NCBI GenBank assembly: GCA_019894815.1
Contig: JAGXNU010000002.1
Location: 1-37,971, forward strand
DNA from: Promethearchaeota archaeon
GTDB taxonomy: Archaea > Asgardarchaeota > Lokiarchaeia > Sigyniarchaeales > SOKP01
Length of the DNA stretch: 37,971 nt
Direction of reading: 5' to 3'
Shown here: piece after piece, positions 9,263 to 17,590 of the stretch
Layout: every line of letters starts with the position of its first letter
Numbering within the stretch: the first letter of the stretch is position 1
Notes under the pieces: generated by a model
What the model saw: the letters and a program-made list of their open reading frames with translations, nothing else
Told to the model about the DNA's origin: nothing
Database searches by the model: none
Translations under genes and position numbers: made by a program

Positions 9263-9966
9263 TAGGCATACATTCCACCAAAATCCCTTTGTCCTTTTGT
9301 TAATTTATCCAATAAATCTTGAGGTGAAAACATTCCATAGATGTGCTCTTTTTCATTAACAACAGTATGAGGTACGCCTTGAATTTGATATTTTTTTGCT
9401 ATGTCTGGATTCAAATTTACATCAATTACTTCAGCAGTTATCTTCCCTTTAGAGACTATTGCAAATAATGTCACTACAGGCACGGTTGCAGGACAATATG
9501 GACACGTTGGAGTGATAAAGATCTTCATGTTTGATTTAGCAATTTTTTTGAGATGAGATTGAATCTGGTCACTATAATAGGGTCTCACTCCAGAAAAATA
9601 CTGAATACTGTTAAGGAACGGTACGAATTCTGATCCTGAAGGGTTAGCCGAGTATCTGATAATCTCCTTACCATTTTCATCAACAAAAAGTATCGCAGGA
9701 ATCCGATTCACATTATAACGTTCTGTTTCTTCTTTATTCTCCTCAGTTGATAACTCTTCATGATCTAATTTCCCATCGGAAAGTTCTGAAAGGGTCTTTA
9801 ATAGATCGTGCGTCCCCTCGCAAGCCATGCACATTCGTTTTTTTGTACCATCTTTTTGTGTTTTAAAATCCGTGAATAACTTTAGCACAACTTTATCTTT
9901 TAATTTACTCAATTCATTTTTTATATTTTTTAATTCATTTTCTGAGAATAGCATTTCATCACCCAT
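9262..9966 (-). CDS. Protein-disulfide oxidoreductase (PfPDO-like), paralog 1
   Basis: N-terminal unit CMAC and C-terminal unit CPYC. Same architecture as 8552..9262. Confidence 0.8.
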   Translation of the reverse strand: MGDEMLFSENELKNIKNELSKLKDKVVLKLFTDFKTQKDGTKKRMCMACEGTHDLLKTLSELSDGKLDHEELSTEENKEETERYNVNRIPAILFVDENGKEIIRYSANPSGSEFVPFLNSIQYFSGVRPYYSDQIQSHLKKIAKSNMKIFITPTCPYCPATVPVVTLFAIVSKGKITAEVIDVNLNPDIAKKYQIQGVPHTVVNEKEHIYGMFSPQDLLDKLTKGQRDFGGMYA

Positions 9967-10208
9967 TTCTATTATTCATATTTGAAATAACCCTTAAAAT
10001 AGTTCTTTCTTTAAATTATAAAATCGAATAGAGGTAATTGAGGTTGGGATAAATGAAAGCTTAAAGTAGTTTTTATTATCATAATTCTCGCTTTAAATAT
10101 CTTATTTAAATCACATGTTTTATATCGTTTGATTGGTATCTTTTATATGCTAATATTAAATTAATCAGATTAATTATTTCAGAACCAACAAAAGTGTTTT
10201 AATCAAGG

Positions 10209-11246
10209 ATGATACCGACATATTCACCAGCAATAGTTTACATCCATATAAATGGATCAAATGAACCAAAAATCAATTTTTGGTATCCTTCTGAACTTCC
10301 AGAAGACGTGAGAACATTAATTGGAATGAAATGCAGTTCTATCATTTCTGACGATATGAGCTATATACCTGAAGTACTTTTAGTATTTCCTCTCCCGTCA
10401 TTAAAATCAAAAATGTTGATTAAATATTTTGAAAGCCATAAAACGTCAGAACAAGAAATTCCAAATCGATCAGCATTAATATTTGTTTTTTCTGAAGAAA
10501 ATGATGTGATTTTTTATAGATACATGAGTTATATTGATTCATATTTTGGAGATACAATCAAAAAAATTAAAGAACTTGAAATGAATAAAAATGACAAACA
10601 AACAATTTTCACTGAAATCATTAAGTTAAAAGATACATTAATCGAATCCACCGAATATTTATACTCGAAAAGTCAATTTTTATTGAAATCGCAAGATCCT
10701 CAAGACTCTCCAACAGAATTAGATTCTAAAGTAGACCCTCAATCCAAATTTAAAGTAGTGATTTTAGGAGATCCAAGCGTCGGTAAAACATCCAGTGTCT
10801 TAAGATTTACCGATAACGTTTTTTTACGGGCTTATATTCCCACAATGGGTCTTAACATCACCCAAAAAAGATTTAAAATAAATTATAATTCCATGGAACT
10901 CGTATTATGGGATGTAGGTGGACAGCAAAAATTTGAAACAATCAGAAAACAATTTTATGAAGGTGCAAGTGCTTACATTTTATTATTTGATCTTACCAGT
11001 GCAAAATCTTTTGCAAAAATACCAAAATGGCATGAAGACATTGTAAGTTATTTAGGGAAAAAGGCCCTTATTAAAGGGTATCTCATAGGAAATAAAATAG
11101 ATTTAAATAAAGACAGGATTGTTAGCGTAATAGACGGAATTAGACTTGCTAAAGCACTGGACGTTGATTATTTTGAATCCTCTGCATTAACTGGACACAA
11201 TATCGAGTTTTATTTTAGGAAAATATCAAATGACCTATTACAATAA
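10209..11246 (+). CDS. Rab/Arf-like small GTPase with about 180-aa N-terminal (possibly longin-like) domain
   Basis: Complete G1-G5 set: GDPSVGKTS, switch-I T in PTMG, WDVGGQ, GNKIDL, SSALTG. The N-terminal domain is unassigned. Confidence 0.8.
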   Translation: MIPTYSPAIVYIHINGSNEPKINFWYPSELPEDVRTLIGMKCSSIISDDMSYIPEVLLVFPLPSLKSKMLIKYFESHKTSEQEIPNRSALIFVFSEENDVIFYRYMSYIDSYFGDTIKKIKELEMNKNDKQTIFTEIIKLKDTLIESTEYLYSKSQFLLKSQDPQDSPTELDSKVDPQSKFKVVILGDPSVGKTSSVLRFTDNVFLRAYIPTMGLNITQKRFKINYNSMELVLWDVGGQQKFETIRKQFYEGASAYILLFDLTSAKSFAKIPKWHEDIVSYLGKKALIKGYLIGNKIDLNKDRIVSVIDGIRLAKALDVDYFESSALTGHNIEFYFRKISNDLLQ

Positions 11247-12230
11247 TAAATCGCATGGATCTTTGAGTTTGAACTTAAATTTTTTCTTTTTGCCATAAAA
11301 TTTTAAAATCCAAAAAGCATCAGGGCAATAAGTTGTTATAAAACCTTGAAAATTCTCAGTTGGAAAACTAAATTCAATTTCTTTAAATTCTTCCATACGT
11401 CTAATAGCAATCTTTTCAGCTATATCAACTCTTAATTGGTGTCCCACTCCACCCCCACAACAACTATGAGGGACATCCAAAATGGTGAATCCACTTTTTG
11501 CATAAATATCACTCATAGATCTCTCTATTTCTGGAAATTCAATGTATTTCAATGGACAAGCATGCTGAATCACGAGATTTCCAGATTTTTTCTCACTTGA
11601 ATGAGTTAAATACTCCGTGAAATACTTGATTTCAATCCCAAGTTCACTGTAATGTTTCTTAAAAACCATGTAACAACTGGGACAAGTGGTAATTATTTTC
11701 TTATAACCATTTTGGGTGAACAATTGCTTATTTTTCTCCACTAATAGTTCATAAGTTTTTAGCTCACCTGTACAAAGGATTGGATATCCACAACATATTT
11801 CTTGGTCAATTACAGTGAAATCAACGTCTTTTTTAATTAAATATCTAACAATGTTTTCAGCGTATTTGGGCGTTTTGACTGTTGTGAAACATCCAAAATA
11901 TAATAATGTCTCACTTTCCTTCGATATTCCCTCAGGTAATTTGACTCGGCTTTTATTTTTGGTAAATGGTGTTCCATATACTTTTAAAGCCTCGATTGAT
12001 GAGTTCAATCCTTCGATTTTGTTGCCATCTTTTAAAAATTTTTGTTTAAGTAGGAAACGTTCAGATTGCGTGCCACAAGCTCCACAATGAATACAGTTAT
12101 ATAACTTATAATAATCCTCTTGCTTGAATGAATAAGAATTTGCATCTTTGAGGAGATTTAATACTTTTTGATTAGACAAGAAATTATCAGGATCTACATT
12201 TTCACAAGGACAGTCATAATCTTCATTCAT
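11238..12230 (-). CDS. HdrD/GlpC-like Fe-S oxidoreductase with two CCG domains
   Basis: CIHCGAC cluster motif. CCGYP..C and CCGGGVG CCG-domain motifs with CPSCY and CPDAF partners. Confidence 0.75.
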   Translation of the reverse strand: MNEDYDCPCENVDPDNFLSNQKVLNLLKDANSYSFKQEDYYKLYNCIHCGACGTQSERFLLKQKFLKDGNKIEGLNSSIEALKVYGTPFTKNKSRVKLPEGISKESETLLYFGCFTTVKTPKYAENIVRYLIKKDVDFTVIDQEICCGYPILCTGELKTYELLVEKNKQLFTQNGYKKIITTCPSCYMVFKKHYSELGIEIKYFTEYLTHSSEKKSGNLVIQHACPLKYIEFPEIERSMSDIYAKSGFTILDVPHSCCGGGVGHQLRVDIAEKIAIRRMEEFKEIEFSFPTENFQGFITTYCPDAFWILKFYGKKKKFKFKLKDPCDLLL

Positions 12231-12238
12231 GATTTAAT

Positions 12239-13234
12239 TTAAAGCAGTAATTCGAATATATCCTTTGCTTTTGGTTCTATTTTGCAAATCTTACTAAAAC
12301 GAGCTAGAATCCACCAACAACTGGGACAGTAAGTTGTAGCATAATCAATATCTGTTTTGTTAAAATCCTCCATTCTCTTATAAGCTATAGCCTTAATGAT
12401 GTCTGTACGATGCATATATCCAATTCCTCCTCCACAACACCACATTGGAATATCTTCTACTTCATATCCGCTTTTTTCGAGTATTTTATCAACCATCTTA
12501 TCTACTCCTTCTCTGCCCCTGTTAATTAATTGACATAAATGTTGCACTCCTATTTTCCCCTCCTTCTTATCCTCAGATGGTCTCAGATAATCGCTGATGT
12601 AAACAAATTCCACTTCCTTTTCCATTTCTGGTGCATAATATTTATTAAATAGAAAATAACAAGCAGGACACAAGCAAATTATCTTCTTAAACTGGTTAAA
12701 AATTTCAATATTTTCCTTTTTACATGTTTCAAACTCTTTCAATGAGCCGCTTGCAAACCACGGCCACCCGCAGCAGATTTCCTCATCTAAAATGGTAAAG
12801 TCTATACCCTGTTTAAGTAGATATTGAAGTGAATGCTCCGTATATCTCGGAATTCTAATTGTCGAAAGACATCCCATAAAATATAATGTATCGGACTTCT
12901 CGGAAATTCCATCAGGACGTCGTATGCGCATCTTTTTTGATGGATAGGGGGTTCTATACTTCTTAAAACAATCTTGTAGTTCTTTTAACCCATTAAAAGT
13001 ATTCCCATCTTTGAGAAATTTCTCTTTTAACTGAATTCTCTCTTCCTCAGTTTCGCATTCCCCGCAATCAACGCAATTATATATTTTATAATAATCATCC
13101 CTATTAAACTTAAAATTATCCTTATTTCGTATTAATTCCCTTATTTTCTCATCAGATAGAAAATTCTTTGAATCGACTTCATCTGTAGGGTAATTCTTTC
13201 TCCCTTTAATCCTTTCTTTCACTGGTTCCACCAA
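12239..13234 (-). CDS. HdrD/GlpC-like Fe-S oxidoreductase with two CCG domains (tandem paralog)
   Basis: CVDCGEC, then CCGWP, CPACY, CCGGGIG, CPSCW. Collinear with 11238..12230. Confidence 0.75.
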   Translation of the reverse strand: MVEPVKERIKGRKNYPTDEVDSKNFLSDEKIRELIRNKDNFKFNRDDYYKIYNCVDCGECETEEERIQLKEKFLKDGNTFNGLKELQDCFKKYRTPYPSKKMRIRRPDGISEKSDTLYFMGCLSTIRIPRYTEHSLQYLLKQGIDFTILDEEICCGWPWFASGSLKEFETCKKENIEIFNQFKKIICLCPACYFLFNKYYAPEMEKEVEFVYISDYLRPSEDKKEGKIGVQHLCQLINRGREGVDKMVDKILEKSGYEVEDIPMWCCGGGIGYMHRTDIIKAIAYKRMEDFNKTDIDYATTYCPSCWWILARFSKICKIEPKAKDIFELLL

Positions 13235-13352
13235 ATATTTGAAGTGTATGTTTACTCTTAAAAATGGGGTTAAATTATTATTAACTTTTAATGAAATTAG
13301 GGCAAGTTAAATTAAAAATTGTAAGAGAAAAAAATTCAAAATGGCCTAAATC

Positions 13353-13511
13353 TTATTTTTTTTCTTTAAGTTTAACATCAGTTCGTTGGATTCCAACTTC
13401 CTTACTACTTGGAAGTGCAGTACCACAATTATCTCGGTTTGATTCATTTGCTTTTAGTGCTTTATCTAATTCGGCCTCTAATTCATCATCAGACAATTCT
13501 TTATCATTCAT
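13353..13511 (-). CDS. Possible 52-aa acidic/basic small protein (not in the ORF track)
   Basis: Hand translation: MNDKELSDDELEAELDKALKANESNRDNCGTALPSSKEVGIQRTDVKLKEKK. Same strand as all neighbours. It competes with the low-complexity + strand ORF 13291..13515. Confidence 0.3.
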   Translation of the reverse strand: MNDKELSDDELEAELDKALKANESNRDNCGTALPSSKEVGIQRTDVKLKEKK

Positions 13512-13595
13512 ATGAATAAATCAGTAATGAAAATATTTAAGGCTTATATTTATGAATTATTGATAAAAGAATGTTAGAAAAAAGGAGTATATAAT

Positions 13596-13961
13596 TTATT
13601 TATTGAGAAAATCTATAACGGCTTGTTCTTTCTCCTTAGGTCTGCGTTCTGGCACTAAAATAAAAGCCTCATTTATAGTTTCATAGAAATCAGAACGCAT
13701 GTAGAGGTTACAATAACAAGTACCGTGCTCTTTAACATCTAAAGGTGCATAATCACAAGGACATATCAAATCTCTATCCAATTCCCTATTTCCAGAAGCT
13801 AATCTACAGGGACAGGATTGATATCCCAGCTTATTTTTATTCACAGTTAAACCATCAAGTAATTCGCTTAACGTTTCATCTTCCTTATTCAATACCCATT
13901 GATTTTTTTGAGCCACTTTATTACAATATTCCAACATTCCTTCTTTTGTGTCCATATCCAT
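13596..13961 (-). CDS. Ferredoxin:thioredoxin reductase catalytic-subunit (FTRc) homolog
   Basis: CPC-x16-CPC-x13-CYC arrangement (CPCRLASGNRELDRDLICPCDYAPLDVKEHGTCYC) resembles the FTR beta-chain cluster and disulfide motif. Confidence 0.7.
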   Translation of the reverse strand: MDMDTKEGMLEYCNKVAQKNQWVLNKEDETLSELLDGLTVNKNKLGYQSCPCRLASGNRELDRDLICPCDYAPLDVKEHGTCYCNLYMRSDFYETINEAFILVPERRPKEKEQAVIDFLNK

Positions 13962-14275
13962 TATTTCATTATCTCCTCATATTTATTTGGATCATATCCA
14001 ACAACAAATTTATCATCACAAACTAAGAATGGGTAGGCAATCCTATCTGGTTTATATTTCTCTCTGAGGTATTCAAGAATTTCTGACTTCTGTTTTGATG
14101 AAAGGCTATCCAGATCAATGTATTTATATTTAATATCTCGATCCTTTAGAAATTTCTTACATTTTTTACACCACATGCATGTGCTAAGGGTGTAAATACT
14201 CACTTCATGAGAATCATTCTTACCTTCAACTTCATTAAAAAGTTCCCGCATAAATTCTGGAAGCATAATTATCAC
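13961..14275 (-). CDS. Glutaredoxin/NrdH-like small thiol protein
   Basis: CMWC active-site position followed by KFLKDRDIKYKYIDLD. About 100 aa. 1-nt stop/start overlap with the FTRc homolog. Confidence 0.65.
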   Translation of the reverse strand: MIIMLPEFMRELFNEVEGKNDSHEVSIYTLSTCMWCKKCKKFLKDRDIKYKYIDLDSLSSKQKSEILEYLREKYKPDRIAYPFLVCDDKFVVGYDPNKYEEIMK

Positions 14276-14347
14276 TTATATTGATTTTTTGATATTTAAT
14301 TGAAAGATTGAATTAAATGATATTAAATTAAGGTTTATAAATTAAAA

Positions 14348-14806
14348 TTAATTTTGAATTTTTAACTTTTTAATATTCTCACGCCAATTAACATCGATGC
14401 ATTCGAATGCTTTTTCGGTACGCTCTCTTATGTCCACATCACAAGAATCAATTAAAATCCCTAATTGTTGTAAAGCACGTTTATCTCCTATTTTCATTAA
14501 ACTATCAATAATTAAGAATAATCTGGCTTTATCTTGATTCTCTTCTGGCTTTTCAAGCTCTTCAGATAAGAATTTAAGTATTGACAATGTAGATTTTGCA
14601 TTTCTAATTTCACCCATTACCTCAATTATGCGATTTATTACTACCGCATCATTTTCTTTATTTATAGCTTTGATTAAAAGATTAACTGCACGCCCCTCTT
14701 TTAGGTGTCCTAATTTTCTTGCAGCCGCAACTCTTTCCATGGTTTCGCCGTGAAATAATTTCCGAATAGCTTCGTTGAATTCATCTTTTTTAGTATCTGG
14801 ATCCAT
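14348..14806 (-). CDS. HEAT-repeat (PBS-lyase type) protein
   Basis: Repeating AAARKLGHLKEGRAVNLLIKAL..D....VRxxA-like units. Confidence 0.6.
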   Translation of the reverse strand: MDPDTKKDEFNEAIRKLFHGETMERVAAARKLGHLKEGRAVNLLIKAINKENDAVVINRIIEVMGEIRNAKSTLSILKFLSEELEKPEENQDKARLFLIIDSLMKIGDKRALQQLGILIDSCDVDIRERTEKAFECIDVNWRENIKKLKIQN

Positions 14807-15031
14807 ATAAGAATGAGAAATTTAAAACTTTAAAATCTATTTTTTATAATTTATTAAGTTTTAGAGTAAGTAGAGTTCGATTTTTAGCTAATGTGAAAAT
14901 AATATTTATAATAAATCGACTAAGATAAATGAAAAACTCATGTTTTCTCATACAACCACAATCAAATATAAAATACATCCGGAACAATTTATCATTAATT
15001 TCATTATGTATAAAAAAAAAAGGTTTTTACA

Positions 15032-16396
15032 ATGGAAAATGAATTAACACACTCGAAATTAAACATGGCGTCTATGGGATTCGCAAAGTTTCTCAATGAA
15101 TTCATTGAAATGGCGTTTACAGCTTGGTGTTTTTATTTTTACGAACAAGTACTGCATTTAGAGACATTTTGGGTTGGTATCGGATATATCATTTTCGCTC
15201 TATGGAATGCTGTTAATGATCCTCTCATGGGATTCCTAACGAATCGACCCTTTAAATTCACGCGGAAATGGGGGCGCAGATTTCCTTGGATCATCATCGG
15301 TGGAGTTCCCTATGTATTAAGCTATACTCTAATTTTTACTCCCCCTGGATCGGAACCTCTAATACTCTTCTTATGGTTAATATTTTCAACCTGTCTTTTC
15401 GATCTATTTAACTCAATTTTCTTCATAAACTACGTTTCCTTGTTTCCCGATAAGTTCAGGTCCGTAAAAGAAAGACGTACTGCAACTGCTGTCCAAACTC
15501 CGATAGGTATCATTGGAATTGCCATTGGTGCCTTATTGCCTCCAATGATTATAGACGATACAGTTCCCGGGTCTTTTATGGTTCAAGGCGTTATAATGGC
15601 TATGATCGGTCTTGTGGTTATTGTATTGGCAATACCAGGCTGTCGTGAGGATAGACAAACAATAGATCTCTATCTCGACAAAGAAAGAGAGAAAACACCC
15701 TTCTTTAAATTATTGAAAACTGCCTTATCACAAAAAAGTTTCTTAGTTTTCATCATCACTTATTCTCTCTATCGTTGTCTTGTCATTTCATTCCAAGCAT
15801 CGATCCCATATTTAGTAGAATTTGTATTGCTTGAAGACGAAATCATAGTAACCATACTATCTGCTGGATTTCTCTTAGGATCCTTATTCACTTCACCCTT
15901 ATGGGCCCGATTGGCGCACAAATCGAATAATAACAAGAAAGCAATGCTAATAAGCGCAGTTATACTAATCATATGTACTTTTGTGTTGGCATTTATCAAT
16001 GATTGGATGATCATGTTTGTCGGAATCATGTTTTGGGGCATCGGCTTAGGAGGCTTTTGGACGATGATATCACCCGTTTTAGCTGATGTCATTGATGAGG
16101 CGGTTGTTACAACACAGAAACGACAAGAAGGTATTTATAATGGGTTCTTGCAATTCTTTGGACGATTAGGAATTCTCTTTCAAGCGCTCTCCTTTTCATT
16201 AATCCATATTGTTACGGGATTTGTTGAAGGGAGTTCTACTCAAGGTGCTCTCGCTGTATTTGGCATTAAACTGCACTTTTCTGTCATTCCAACGATAGTA
16301 ATGTTAATTGGAGCGCTCATATTTTGGAAATTTTACAAATTAACCCCTGATAAGATTAAAGAGCATCAAGAAAGAGTGATAGAACTTAAATTATAA
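15032..16396 (+). CDS. MFS transporter, GPH (glycoside-pentoside-hexuronide)-like
   Basis: About 12 hydrophobic helices. NAVNDPLMGFLTNR matches the GPH D-P-x-x-G-x-x-x-D/N-R loop. Confidence 0.75.
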   Translation: MENELTHSKLNMASMGFAKFLNEFIEMAFTAWCFYFYEQVLHLETFWVGIGYIIFALWNAVNDPLMGFLTNRPFKFTRKWGRRFPWIIIGGVPYVLSYTLIFTPPGSEPLILFLWLIFSTCLFDLFNSIFFINYVSLFPDKFRSVKERRTATAVQTPIGIIGIAIGALLPPMIIDDTVPGSFMVQGVIMAMIGLVVIVLAIPGCREDRQTIDLYLDKEREKTPFFKLLKTALSQKSFLVFIITYSLYRCLVISFQASIPYLVEFVLLEDEIIVTILSAGFLLGSLFTSPLWARLAHKSNNNKKAMLISAVILIICTFVLAFINDWMIMFVGIMFWGIGLGGFWTMISPVLADVIDEAVVTTQKRQEGIYNGFLQFFGRLGILFQALSFSLIHIVTGFVEGSSTQGALAVFGIKLHFSVIPTIVMLIGALIFWKFYKLTPDKIKEHQERVIELKL

Positions 16397-16493
16397 CTAC
16401 ATTTTTTCTTTTTATTTTAAAACTAAAGGAAATGGACGCTAATTCCATAAGTTGTATAAAAAAGAAATTAAAATAATGTTAATTTTATTAAAA

Positions 16494-17129
16494 TTATTTT
16501 CCTGCTAATTTTTTAATATGCCTGACTCCATCGACAGCGTCATCTGCGAAATCGTCTGCGCCTAACCGTTTAGCAAGTTCCATATTCAAGGGAGCTCCAC
16601 CAACGATTAATTTTACTTTATCTCTAATACCAGCTGACTTTAAAGCCTCGTGAGTGGTTTTGATGTGTTCCACAGTCATGGTCAATAGGGAGCTTAAAGC
16701 TACGATTGTGGCTCCTGTTTCTTTTACTTTTTCAACAATAACATTTTCATCAACATCCATTCCTAAATCATGCACTTCAAAACCACTGCTCAATAATAAT
16801 GAGCCTAAAATATTCTTTCCAATGTCATGGTTGTCCCCTTGTACTGTGGCCAATATTATCTTAGTTTTATCTATTGACTTGTCTGATGCAGCTAAAGCTG
16901 GTTGAAGCACTTTAAACGCTTCTTTCATTGTCTCTCCAGCTAAAACTAGTTCTGTCAAGTAATATTCCTTCTCTTCATATCTACGACCAACTTCATCCAT
17001 TCCTTTGGTTAATGCATTTAGAACATCAAATGGATCCTTTCCATCTGCATCTAAAGCCTCTTTTACAGCTGCTTCTATATCGTCAACTTCCAATTCAATT
17101 ATAAGTTCTGTTAATTTCTCAAATTTCAT
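16494..17129 (-). CDS. Methyltransferase-cognate corrinoid protein (B12-binding domain)
   Basis: N-terminal helical cap plus DxHxxG (GDNHDIGKN), SxL (LSSLLT) and GG (VGGAP) cobalamin-binding signature. 211 aa. Confidence 0.85.
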   Translation of the reverse strand: MKFEKLTELIIELEVDDIEAAVKEALDADGKDPFDVLNALTKGMDEVGRRYEEKEYYLTELVLAGETMKEAFKVLQPALAASDKSIDKTKIILATVQGDNHDIGKNILGSLLLSSGFEVHDLGMDVDENVIVEKVKETGATIVALSSLLTMTVEHIKTTHEALKSAGIRDKVKLIVGGAPLNMELAKRLGADDFADDAVDGVRHIKKLAGK

Positions 17130-17295
17130 CTTGTTGAACCCCTAAGTAAGTAACTAAGTAATTTATTAGTAATATACCTTAAAAATTATAAATATTACTA
17201 CTCCAATTCTATTGAAATCTAAAGCTCGCAAATCAATCTCAATAAGGAATGAAATCATAAAACTTTTAGTTTAAGTTTTTTTCATATTAAAAAAA

Positions 17296-17454
17296 GAGAA
17301 GGAGGGAAGACCGAAAATTAAAACCTTTATTAAGGTTTATTTTAGACAAAGTTTAGTTACCATTTAATTAGGAAATTTCCTCATCACGCGTTTATCGCGC
17401 GTGATTTAGGGGATATTTAGTTTATTTTTTTCCGGAAGAATATTTCTTCCCTCT
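17296..17454. promoter_or_regulatory. Palindrome-dense divergent control region
   Basis: AGGAAATTTCCT (17370-17381). ATCACGCG/CGCGTGAT 8-bp dyad (17383-17390 / 17398-17405). GGAAGAA-TAT-TTCTTCC (17434-17450). Hairpin aaacctt/aaggttt near 17322-17339. Distal complement GAGGGAAGA (17302-17310) / TCTTCCCTC (17445-17453). Confidence 0.5.
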
Positions 17455-17590
17455 AATAATTAAATATCACAAGTTGCTATTTAAAGTTATTTATAACAAG
17501 AAGCAATATTCAATCGTTTTTAGAAGGAGCTAAATAGTATTTTAAGTGAACATGAACTATAAAAATCATTATTATTAATGACGAATAATC

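Noticed and set aside
13291-13515. 74-aa plus-strand ORF as a real gene.
   Set aside because: It is Ser/Leu-rich and low in complexity, and it lies on the opposite strand to the whole surrounding operon. The minus-strand 52-aa frame is at least as plausible. Neither is proven.
17130-17590. Cobalamin riboswitch upstream of the corrinoid protein gene.
   Set aside because: I could not find a B12-box-like consensus on either strand. The structures are reported only as unexplained palindromes.
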